Source: Acidimicrobiales bacterium
GTDB taxonomy: Bacteria; Actinomycetota; Acidimicrobiia; Acidimicrobiales; SHLQ01
Direction: 5' to 3'
Assembly: GCA_020629635.1 (NCBI GenBank)
Contig: JAHDCX010000007.1
Location: 65,003 to 129,002, forward strand
DNA length: 64,000 bases
Shown here piece by piece: positions 41,333 to 53,951 of this stretch (positions are counted from its first letter, which is position 1; every line of letters begins with the position of its first letter). A program made the position numbers and the translations under genes. The notes beneath the pieces were generated by a model that saw only the letters and a list, made by a program, of their open reading frames with translations, was not told the origin of the DNA and did no database searches.

Positions 41333-42343
41333 TCAGCCCCTGCGGCTGGTTGCGCCGCCTTTTTGGAGGGGGCCCCACCACGCGTCGTTCGCGAGGTACC
41401 ACGCGACGGTCTGGGCGAGCCCCTCGTCGAAGGTGACCGATGGCGACCAGCCCAGCTCGTTGTGGAGCTTGGAGAAGTCCACGGCGTAGCGAAGATCGTG
41501 TCCGGGACGGTCCCGCACGAACTCGATCAGGTTCCGACGATCCTGTGCGCCGAGCGCCGCATCGACCTGATCACAGATTGCGTGCACGACGTCGAGATTC
41601 GATTTCTCGGAGTCTCCACCGACGTTGTAGGTGTCGCCGAGCCTTCCTTGATCGAACACGAGACAGAGGGCGCTGGCGTGATCTTCGACGAAGAGCCAGT
41701 CTCGGACGTTCTCCCCTTTGCCGTAGACCGGGAGCGACTCCCCAGCCGCGGCGCGGATGATCATGAGCGGCATCATCTTCTCGGGAAACTGAAACGGCCC
41801 GTAGTTGTTCGAACAGTTCGTGACGACGACGGGCAGGTCGAAGGTCTCGCCCCACGCCCGCACGAGGTGATCCGATGACGCTTTGCTCGCTGAGTACGGC
41901 GACCTCGGATCGTACGGAGAGGACTCGGTGAACGCCGCGGCGTCCATCGTCAGCGAGCCGAAGACCTCGTCGGTCGAGATGTGATGGAAGCGCTCCACCT
42001 CGTGGTGACGTCCGAGCTCGAGGAGGTTGAACGTCCCGAGCACGTTCGTCTCGATGAAGGCCTGCGGGCCTTCGATCGAGCGGTCGACGTGGCTCTCGGC
42101 GGCCAGGTGCATGACGCCGTCGGGCCGATGGGTCTCGAACACCTCGGCGAGTGCTTCGCGGTCGCGGATGTCGCACGTCACGTGGGCGTACCGAGAATCG
42201 TCGGCGACCGACGCCACCGATCCGTGTGTGGCCGCATAGGTCATCGAATCGAGGTTCACGACCGAATGGTCGGTCGTGTTGATGAGGTGACGGACGACGG
42301 CGGATCCGATGAATCCACACCCGCCTGTGACAAGAATTTTCAT
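41333..42343 (-). CDS. rfbB: dTDP-glucose 4,6-dehydratase
   Basis: [47 protein letters not shown]. Confidence 0.96.
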   Translation of the reverse strand: MKILVTGGCGFIGSAVVRHLINTTDHSVVNLDSMTYAATHGSVASVADDSRYAHVTCDIRDREALAEVFETHRPDGVMHLAAESHVDRSIEGPQAFIETNVLGTFNLLELGRHHEVERFHHISTDEVFGSLTMDAAAFTESSPYDPRSPYSASKASSDHLVRAWGETFDLPVVVTNCSNNYGPFQFPEKMMPLMIIRAAAGESLPVYGKGENVRDWLFVEDHASALCLVFDQGRLGDTYNVGGDSEKSNLDVVHAICDQVDAALGAQDRRNLIEFVRDRPGHDLRYAVDFSKLHNELGWSPSVTFDEGLAQTVAWYLANDAWWGPLQKGGATSRRG

Positions 42344-43206
42344 GAGTTCACCAAACTGAGGAGGTATTCGCCGTAGGTGTTGTTCGACATCATTTTCCCG
42401 CGCTTCTCCACGGCGGCCGCGTCGATCCAGCCGTTGGTGTAGGCGATCTGTTCGAGGCAGGCGATGTACGCGCTCTGACGACGTTGAATCACTCGCACGA
42501 ACTCGGACGCCTCCGACAGCGAGTCGAACGTTCCGGTGTCGAACCAGGCATGCCCGCGTCCGAGCTGGACGACGTTGAGCGAGCCGTCCTCGAGGTACTT
42601 CCGGTTCACATCGGTGATCTCGAGTTCGCCACGTGCCGAGGGCTCGATCGACTTCGTCACATCGACGATCCGGTCGTCGTAGAAGTACAGGCCGGTCACC
42701 GCGAGATTGCTCTTCGGATCGGACGGCTTCTCCTCGAGCGATACCGCTTTGCCGTCGGCGTCGATCTCAACGACGCCAAACCGCTCCGGATCGGTGACCT
42801 CGTAGGCAAACACCGACGCACCCGTGGACTGGTTGCTTGCGCCGCGGAGCAGGCCGGGCAGACCGGATCCCCAGAAGAGGTTGTCGCCCAGAATCAGCGC
42901 TGAACCGCTGCCGTCGAGGAATTCCTCGCCGATCAAGAATGCTTGCGCGAGCCCATTCGGTTCGGGCTGGACTGCGTAGGAGAGATTCACCCCGAACTGC
43001 GAGCCGTCGCGCAACAGACGTCGGAACTGTTCGTTGTCCTCGGGTGTCGTGATGATCAGGATGTCGCGGATCCCGGCGAGCATCAGAATCGACACCGGAT
43101 AGTAGATCATCGGCTTGTCGTAGACCGGAAGCAGCTGTTTTGAGCAGCCGAACGTGATCGGGTGCAACCGCGATCCCGTCCCACCTGCGAGCACGATTCC
43201 CTTCAC
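42340..43206 (-). CDS. rfbA: Glucose-1-phosphate thymidylyltransferase
   Basis: [40 protein letters not shown]; GTG start. Confidence 0.96.
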   Translation of the reverse strand: MKGIVLAGGTGSRLHPITFGCSKQLLPVYDKPMIYYPVSILMLAGIRDILIITTPEDNEQFRRLLRDGSQFGVNLSYAVQPEPNGLAQAFLIGEEFLDGSGSALILGDNLFWGSGLPGLLRGASNQSTGASVFAYEVTDPERFGVVEIDADGKAVSLEEKPSDPKSNLAVTGLYFYDDRIVDVTKSIEPSARGELEITDVNRKYLEDGSLNVVQLGRGHAWFDTGTFDSLSEASEFVRVIQRRQSAYIACLEQIAYTNGWIDAAAVEKRGKMMSNNTYGEYLLSLVNS

Positions 43207-44144
43207 CTGACACCGTCCTTCGGGCGAACACCCTGGTCGTTGTGAGCCATATGAGTCGAGCACATCTCCTCGACAGAGTCTCGAAGACTCCGGAAGGTCG
43301 GGGCGAACTCGTCGACGAGTCTTGTCGTGTCGAGCACGATGTGTCGCGGATCCCCGGGCTCGAGGGTGTAGTCGGCCTCCACGTCCATCACCTCAGCGAC
43401 GGTCTTGACGACGTCGAGGTTGGAGTACACGTTTGTCGAACAGGCGTTGTAGACGTTGTGCTTGCGGTCGGGACGATCGCCGACGGCGAGGATGACCTGA
43501 GCCAGGTCCTGGGTGTCGATGTAGCCACGCAGCTCTGCACCCATGTTGAACAGGTTGACCGGGGCGCCTTCGGCGAATCGGTCTGCGGCGTGCTGGACCA
43601 GCCCCTGACCTCGATAGCCACCTCGCCGTACGCCGATCACAGTGCTGCACCGAAGCGAGGTGACGGTGTTGTCGCCGGTCGATTCGAGCACATTGAGGAG
43701 TTGTTCTTCGGCAAGTTTGATGGCGCCGTAGACGGTGTCGGGCTGGGCGAGCGTCGTCTCGTCGATCGGATCGACGCCCTGTGGGCCATAGCCGGCGCCA
43801 CCGGACGACGTCAGGACGACGTGCATCCCGGAGAGTTTGGAGCATTCCTCGACGATCTCGGTGACGGCCCGGCTTGCCGGAGCGAGCAGCGTGGAGATCT
43901 TCGACGGTGGGCAACGCGGATCAGGAGAACCGGTTGCGACGACGAGGATGCTGTCGGGCTCCAGCACGTCGACGAGCGCCCCCGAGCCAACGTCACCGAA
44001 AACGCATTCGATGCGATCGTCGGTCAGATAGGCGTCGGGGAACGACCGCGAGATGACGCGAATCGACGTCTCGCCGCGGTCGAGGGCCGCGTCGATGACC
44101 GCCGAGGCGATCAATCCGCAGCCGAGGATGGTCAGGTTCGGCAT
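43203..44144 (-). CDS. NAD-dependent epimerase/reductase (extended SDR)
   Basis: [17 protein letters not shown], catalytic YGAIK, RGYID, YNAC. Confidence 0.8.
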   Translation of the reverse strand: MPNLTILGCGLIASAVIDAALDRGETSIRVISRSFPDAYLTDDRIECVFGDVGSGALVDVLEPDSILVVATGSPDPRCPPSKISTLLAPASRAVTEIVEECSKLSGMHVVLTSSGGAGYGPQGVDPIDETTLAQPDTVYGAIKLAEEQLLNVLESTGDNTVTSLRCSTVIGVRRGGYRGQGLVQHAADRFAEGAPVNLFNMGAELRGYIDTQDLAQVILAVGDRPDRKHNVYNACSTNVYSNLDVVKTVAEVMDVEADYTLEPGDPRHIVLDTTRLVDEFAPTFRSLRDSVEEMCSTHMAHNDQGVRPKDGVR

Positions 44145-44147
44145 TGG

Positions 44148-45905
44148 TCAGGCGAGGTCTTCTGTCGAAGTGGTGGCCGATCTCGCCTTCGGCGAGCGGG
44201 CCTCGACGGGTGTGGCCTGGGGCGGTCCAGGCGGACCTTCGGGATCGACGTGCTCGGATGGGGCGGCGAGGCGTTGCAGCGACTCGAACGTGCCGTCGCC
44301 ACCGCGTCCCGGCTGCGGCGTTGTTCCGGGAACGCCGGTCGGCACGCGGACGGTGCCGACATCAGCGGCGCCCGACGGCAGGATCGACAAGCGGCTCGTC
44401 CGGTTGATGATGGCGCCAGCGATGTCCGCCTGCACGTTGAGCAACTGCACACGCAATTCGGTGAGCTCGCTCCGGCGGGTCCGACCAAAGGCAGCAAGGA
44501 TGTAGACCGCGTCGGCGACAGAGGCCAGCTGCAGGCCGTCGGCGTGGGTGAGCGCCGGAGGCGAGTCGAAGACGACCATCATGTTGCGTTCTTGGGCCAC
44601 CGTGAGCAGCGACGAGAGACCGTTGCTCGAGAGCGGGGGCGGCGAGCCGGTACCCGTGGGGAGCACGTGAATACCCAGACGCTCCTCGCATTGCCCAATG
44701 GCCACGCGCGCCGCTTCGAGATCGACGTTGGTGCGAAGGAAGTCGTTGAGGCCGGGTTGGCTGTTGAGTCCGAACAACCGGTCGACTGCGGTGTTGCGTC
44801 GATCTGCGGCGACCAACAGAACCTGACGGCCGGATTGGGCGAGCGCCAACGCCATGTTGACCGCTGCCGTGGTGCGGCCTTCCTTCTCGTTGGCACCGGT
44901 CACGGTGATCGAATCCACGACGTACCCGTTCCGCGGAGCGAGTGCGGCAGCAGCGAGTCGTCGGAAGGCTTCTGCGCCAGGGGTGTGCGAGCTCACGGCG
45001 GTCACGAGTGCAGGGCTGTCCTCGGTGATGCGCGGAATGTTGCCGAGCACGGGAACGCCGAGATCGACTTCGGTCTCCGCAGCGCTCGAGAGTCGTCGAT
45101 CAAGCCGGTCGCTGAGCACGGCCGCGCTACCGCCGATGAACAGGCCCATCAGGAGTCCGGCAGCGAGCGCGATGGGAAGTGGAATTCCCGAGCTGTCTCG
45201 TTCGGGTGTGCTGGCGGGCGACAGCACCCGACCGACCTCGACAGGCGTCGATTCGAGCTGATTGAGCGTGGACCGAACCTCGAGACGTTCCGGCTCGAGT
45301 CGGCGGAGTCGAATGTCGGCGAGGTTGTACTCGACGGAGTCCTGCTCGAAGGTCCCGAGCACGGCCTCCTCGTTGGCGATACGCAGGTCGAGATCGGCGA
45401 GCTGTGCTTCGAGACGTCCAACTTGATTGTCCCGGAGGGTCTGGGCACGTTCGTTGCGGGCCTCGAGATACACATCCGCGGACAACTGCACGATGGTCTG
45501 TGCCTCTTCGCGAACGTCGGAGCGATAGAGGAACTCGAGGATCTGTGTGTCGCAGCTCGAGCCGGCGAGGACGACGGCGCCGGTGTCGAGACACGGGCTG
45601 ACGGCGATGTTCTCGGTCCAGTCGTCGAAGGTCAGATCGTCGAAGGGGCTCTGCTCGACGACTCGGTCGCCAAGCGAGGCGGCGACGAGCGCTTCGGTTT
45701 CTTCGACGACGGGATCATTGCCCTGACCGACGTCGGCTTCGCTCGGGACGAGTTGCACGGTTGCCCGTGACTCGAAGAAGTCCTGCTGAGATGGAAGGAA
45801 GAGTACGGCGAGGAGCGCAAAGGCCACCATCGCCAGAACGATCATCCACCAGCTCCGGCGAAAGATCCGCCCGTAGTGGCCCAGTTCGAGTTCGTCGCTG
45901 TCCAT
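44148..45905 (-). CDS. Wzz/Wzc-type polysaccharide co-polymerase with a degenerate tyrosine-kinase domain
   Basis: RRSWWMI TM1, coiled coil, TM2, LGVPVLGNIP, EAFRRL, EGRTT, VVFDSPP; no Tyr cluster. Confidence 0.85.
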   Translation of the reverse strand: MDSDELELGHYGRIFRRSWWMIVLAMVAFALLAVLFLPSQQDFFESRATVQLVPSEADVGQGNDPVVEETEALVAASLGDRVVEQSPFDDLTFDDWTENIAVSPCLDTGAVVLAGSSCDTQILEFLYRSDVREEAQTIVQLSADVYLEARNERAQTLRDNQVGRLEAQLADLDLRIANEEAVLGTFEQDSVEYNLADIRLRRLEPERLEVRSTLNQLESTPVEVGRVLSPASTPERDSSGIPLPIALAAGLLMGLFIGGSAAVLSDRLDRRLSSAAETEVDLGVPVLGNIPRITEDSPALVTAVSSHTPGAEAFRRLAAAALAPRNGYVVDSITVTGANEKEGRTTAAVNMALALAQSGRQVLLVAADRRNTAVDRLFGLNSQPGLNDFLRTNVDLEAARVAIGQCEERLGIHVLPTGTGSPPPLSSNGLSSLLTVAQERNMMVVFDSPPALTHADGLQLASVADAVYILAAFGRTRRSELTELRVQLLNVQADIAGAIINRTSRLSILPSGAADVGTVRVPTGVPGTTPQPGRGGDGTFESLQRLAAPSEHVDPEGPPGPPQATPVEARSPKARSATTSTEDLA

Positions 45906-46065
45906 CTCGATCTTCCCGAGTCGTGCGCCCCAATGGCGCGACACTGATTGACGATTGTGAAGTCGGCGAAGTCGCGTGCGACTTGAGCGCATTGCCCGGT
46001 CACTCGACTCTGCCGGCGACCGACCGACCGTCCCGATCCTACGCTCGTTCACGGTGCGGTCCGGG

Positions 46066-46090
46066 TGTGACGCGAGACTCTTGCGTCACA
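46066..46090. promoter_or_regulatory. 25-bp near-perfect palindrome in a divergent promoter region
   Basis: TGTGACGCGAGA-C-TCTTGCGTCACA, with 11 of 12 arm positions complementary. Confidence 0.55.
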
Positions 46091-46186
46091 ATATGTCATT
46101 TCGATGACGAAGTGACTACGCTATGCGCCGCGGCGGGCATCAGTCGCAACCTTCCGTGCGATCTGCGGACACAGGACCTCAGCACC

Positions 46187-48196
46187 ATGTACACCTCACC
46201 CTCAGCAGAACCCTCCGGCGGACTCGTCGCCAACATCGGATCGTGGCGATTCGTCGCCATCGTGTTGGCCATCGCAATGATCGCCACGGTCGCCGTGATC
46301 GCGCAGCCCGACGATGCAGACGCGCTCGATGACGGCGTGTTGTTCGGCTCCTATGCACGCGCCGTCAACGGACAGACCAACATCGAAGCCGTTGAGGCGC
46401 TCGAAGCTCAGCTCGGATCGAAGCTGCCGCTGGTCCGCACGTTCAGCAAGTGGGATGAGGGCATCGGCGAAGACAAGCGCATGCACCGTTGGGCGCGCGA
46501 CGGCGGGCGCGAATTGATGATGACCTTTGTCGCCGAACGCAACAACGGACAGGTCATCCCGTGGCGCAACATCGCCAACGCACAACCCGGCTCGACGCTC
46601 TATCGCGAGATTCAGGAGCTCGCGAGCGGAGTGCGGCGGTTCGGCGTGCCGGTCATCGTCGGCTTTCATCATGAGCCCGAGCGCGGCGTCAACCAGGAGT
46701 TCGGCACCGCCGAAGAGTTCAAGGGCGCGTATCGCAAGATCCACCAGATCTTCGAAGCCGAAGGCGCAACCAATGCCCAGTGGGCTTGGATCATGGGTGA
46801 GTGGGCCTTCGCCGTGGGCGAGATCCGTCCAAATGACCGCCGTCGTGCAGAGCTCTGGTACCCCGGAGATGACGTCGTCGACTACATCACGTCCGACGAC
46901 TACAACTGGAACAACTGCCGTCCGGGCACCACGACCGATCCATGGATCTCGATGCGCGAAGACCTGGGACCCCTCATGGAGTTCGCGCGCGAGCACCCGC
47001 GCCAGCAGTTGATTCTCGGCGAGTTCGCCAGCGACGAGGGACGCTCGGGTCAGAAGGCCGAGTGGTTCGACGAGATTCGGTCACTCTTCAAGTCGGGCGA
47101 GTTCAAGGAACGCTTCGCCGCGATCGTCTATTTCCACGACGATGGCGCCAACCAGGGTTGGCCAGGCTGCGAATGGTGGATCACGTCGAGCCAGTCCTCG
47201 CTCGAGGCGGCGCGACGAATCGTTGCTGACCCGTTCTATCGAGGCGACCTTCCTGGCGTTCCCGCGCCGACCACAACCGCCCGACCCACAACCACCACAA
47301 CCCGAGCAACCACCACAACCGCCCGACCCACAACCACCACAACTCGAGCAACCACCACAACCGCCCGACCCACAACCACCACAACTCGAGCAACCACCAC
47401 AACCGCCCGACCCACAACCACCACAACCGCTCGACCCACAACCACCACAACTCGAGCAACCACCACAACCGCTCGACCCACAACCACCACCGTTGCCCCG
47501 GCTGCGCCTGCGTCGCCGGCGAACCCGACGACCACCGTCCGCACCGCCGCATCCGTGCCGCCCGGAATCACCTGTGCTGGACGCACCGTGACGATTGCCG
47601 GAACGTCCGGCGACGACGTCCTGACCGGCACGCCCGGCAATGACGTGTTCCACGGACTCGGCGGCAACGACCAGATCAGCGGTGGCGGCGGCGACGACCT
47701 CATCTGCGGTGGCGACGGCAACGATCGCCTCGTCGGTGCACGGGGCAACGACACGATCTACGCCGGACCCGGATCAGACACCGTGATCGGCGGACACAAC
47801 GACGACACCCTCTACGGCGGAGACGGCAACGACCTCATCGAGGGAGGCGCGGGTCGCGACCTCGTCTATGGCGAGTCCGGGCGAGACACGCTCCTCGGCG
47901 GGCGAGGTATCGACCGCATCCAGGGTGGCGGGCAGGACGACTTCATCGATGGGCGCTCGGGCCGAGACCGTTTGCAAGGCAACGGCGGCAATGACCGGAT
48001 CGACGGCGGCCCTGGCGACGACCGCCTCAACGGCAGCGAGGGCAACGACGATCTCCGCGGCGGAGCGGGTCGAGACCTCCTCTATGGAGACGCTGGCAAC
48101 GACCGCCTCGAGGGCGGTAACTCGCTGCGTGACTCGTGCACCGGAGGAGCAGGTTCCGACGTGCTCGGAATCACCTGCGACTTCCTCTCACCGTGA
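46187..48196 (+). CDS. Secreted GH26-like hydrolase with Thr-rich linker and RTX-type Ca-binding repeats
   Basis: Signal/TM segment; [28 protein letters not shown]; ([14 protein letters not shown])n linker; many GGxGxDxL nonamers. Confidence 0.82.
   Translation: MYTSPSAEPSGGLVANIGSWRFVAIVLAIAMIATVAVIAQPDDADALDDGVLFGSYARAVNGQTNIEAVEALEAQLGSKLPLVRTFSKWDEGIGEDKRMHRWARDGGRELMMTFVAERNNGQVIPWRNIANAQPGSTLYREIQELASGVRRFGVPVIVGFHHEPERGVNQEFGTAEEFKGAYRKIHQIFEAEGATNAQWAWIMGEWAFAVGEIRPNDRRRAELWYPGDDVVDYITSDDYNWNNCRPGTTTDPWISMREDLGPLMEFAREHPRQQLILGEFASDEGRSGQKAEWFDEIRSLFKSGEFKERFAAIVYFHDDGANQGWPGCEWWITSSQSSLEAARRIVADPFYRGDLPGVPAPTTTARPTTTTTRATTTTARPTTTTTRATTTTARPTTTTTRATTTTARPTTTTTARPTTTTTRATTTTARPTTTTVAPAAPASPANPTTTVRTAASVPPGITCAGRTVTIAGTSGDDVLTGTPGNDVFHGLGGNDQISGGGGDDLICGGDGNDRLVGARGNDTIYAGPGSDTVIGGHNDDTLYGGDGNDLIEGGAGRDLVYGESGRDTLLGGRGIDRIQGGGQDDFIDGRSGRDRLQGNGGNDRIDGGPGDDRLNGSEGNDDLRGGAGRDLLYGDAGNDRLEGGNSLRDSCTGGAGSDVLGITCDFLSP
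47270..47491 (+). repeat. Intragenic 42-bp tandem repeat encoding a Thr/Pro/Arg linker
   Basis: CCACAACCGCCCGACCCACAACCACCACAACTCGAGCAACCA units, one of them shortened. Confidence 0.85.
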
Positions 48197-48210
48197 GTCG
48201 ATGAGCCTCA

Positions 48211-49971
48211 TCAGCCCATGACGACGAGTGCCGGTACGGCAAGCACGACGAGCGCCGACAACGGGATCCCCAACCGCAGATAGTCCGAGAACCGATACCC
48301 GCCCGGCCCGTAGACCATCGTGTTCGTCTGGTAGCCGATCGGCGTCAAGAACGACGCCGATCCGGCGACCGCGACCCCGATCATCGCCAATCTCGGGTCG
48401 ATGTCTGACTGTTGCGCGACCTGCTGGGCGATCGGGAAGATCAACGCCACGGCCGCCGCGTTGGTGATGAGCTCGGTCAGGATCAGCGTGGCGATCACGA
48501 GGCCAAGCACCGCACCGTAGGCCCCCGCCCACCCGAAGCCGTTGACCACGATGTCGGCGAACTCGTCGGCGAGTCCCGAGGCCTGGACGGCGGCGCCGAG
48601 ACCGAAGGCGCCGCCGATCATGAGCACAACGTTGACGTCGACCGCATCACGGGCTTCGCGTGGACGAAGCACACCGGCGATGACGAGCGCGATTGCCGCT
48701 GCGATGACGGTTCGAGTCACCGAAAGCAGGCCGAACGCGGGGAGCGCAACGGTTGCGGCCAAGGCGAAGAGGGCGACGGGTGAGCGGTCGTTCGACGACG
48801 GCACGGGCGCGTCGACGCGGCTGACCAGGAGGAACTCACCGGCATCGCGCCACCGCACCCGAAAGTCCTTGTTCGCAAGGACGAGCAGCGTGTCACCAGC
48901 CCGAAGGGGCGCCGAGCCGATCTTGCCTCGAACGATCGATCCGCTCCGGTGGATGGCCACTACTGCCGCCTGATAACGCGCCCGGAAATCCATCTCTGCC
49001 GCCGTGCGCCCAACCAATTGGGAGCTTGGTCCGACAACGACCTCGAAGAAGGCGGTGTTGGAGCGGTCGTCGGCGACGAGTCCGGACTCGGCGACATCGG
49101 CCTCCAGACCCTTGATGCCCTGCAGATCAACGATGTCATCGACCGAGCCGGCGAAGACCAGCCGATCTCCACCCCGAAGCGTCTGATCGGGCTGCACGGG
49201 AGCGATGACTCGGCCGTCACGATCAATCTCGACCAAGAAGACGCCCTCGAGGCGCCGCAGCCCGGCTTCGCTGACCGACTGACCGTCGACCGGCCCCTGC
49301 GCGGCGACGCGCATCGAGATCGTGAAGGGCCGTTGAGCCTGACCGGCGACGCCCGGCCGAGAGCGATCGGGCAGGACGATCGGGGCCAGAACGACGATGA
49401 TGATGAGACCGGCGATGGCGATCGGGAGTCCGATCCGTGCGGTCTCAAACAGGGCGAACGGCTCGTCCCCGGAGCCTTCGAGCAGGCCGGACATGACGAG
49501 ATTCGTCGACGTTCCAATCACGGTCAGCGAGCCGCCGAGAATCGTGGCGTAGCTCAGCGGAATGAGTAGGCGCGATGCCGGACGGCCCTCACGATCGGCC
49601 CACCGGGTGACTGCGGGGACGAGCATCGCGACGATCGGGGTGTTGGCCAGAAAGGCCGACGCGACCGCGCTCGGCGCGGTGAGTCGAGCGAGATCGGCGC
49701 GCAGCGCCCGAGGCGTCCCGAGGAGCGACCCGACGAGCGGTTGGATGGCGCCTGTCCGGTCGACGGCCGCAGCCACGACGTAGAGCCCCGCCACCGTGAT
49801 CGGTGCCGGGTTCGAGAACCCCGAGAAGGCTTCGCCAGCGTCTGTTACACCCAGCACGAACAGCAGCGCGGTGGCGCCCAACACCCCCGAGGGGGGTGAG
49901 ACGCGCGAGGTTGCCAGCGCAGCCACCATCACGATGATGACTGCGACGGTCAACCACGCATCGCCAGACAT
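48211..49971 (-). CDS. SLC13/DASS-type anion transporter with TrkA-C domains (possible sulfate transporter)
   Basis: GFSNPA, SAFLANTP, IGTSTNL, two TrkA-C domains, TPIGYQTNTMVYGPGGYRF. Confidence 0.87.
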   Translation of the reverse strand: MSGDAWLTVAVIIVMVAALATSRVSPPSGVLGATALLFVLGVTDAGEAFSGFSNPAPITVAGLYVVAAAVDRTGAIQPLVGSLLGTPRALRADLARLTAPSAVASAFLANTPIVAMLVPAVTRWADREGRPASRLLIPLSYATILGGSLTVIGTSTNLVMSGLLEGSGDEPFALFETARIGLPIAIAGLIIIVVLAPIVLPDRSRPGVAGQAQRPFTISMRVAAQGPVDGQSVSEAGLRRLEGVFLVEIDRDGRVIAPVQPDQTLRGGDRLVFAGSVDDIVDLQGIKGLEADVAESGLVADDRSNTAFFEVVVGPSSQLVGRTAAEMDFRARYQAAVVAIHRSGSIVRGKIGSAPLRAGDTLLVLANKDFRVRWRDAGEFLLVSRVDAPVPSSNDRSPVALFALAATVALPAFGLLSVTRTVIAAAIALVIAGVLRPREARDAVDVNVVLMIGGAFGLGAAVQASGLADEFADIVVNGFGWAGAYGAVLGLVIATLILTELITNAAAVALIFPIAQQVAQQSDIDPRLAMIGVAVAGSASFLTPIGYQTNTMVYGPGGYRFSDYLRLGIPLSALVVLAVPALVVMG

Positions 49972-50007
49972 TGGATTCCATCGGCCTCGCCGGGGCGAGG
50001 TCGAGGA

Positions 50008-53937
<3,930 letters not shown>

Positions 53938-53951
53938 GTGCGTGTTCCTCC

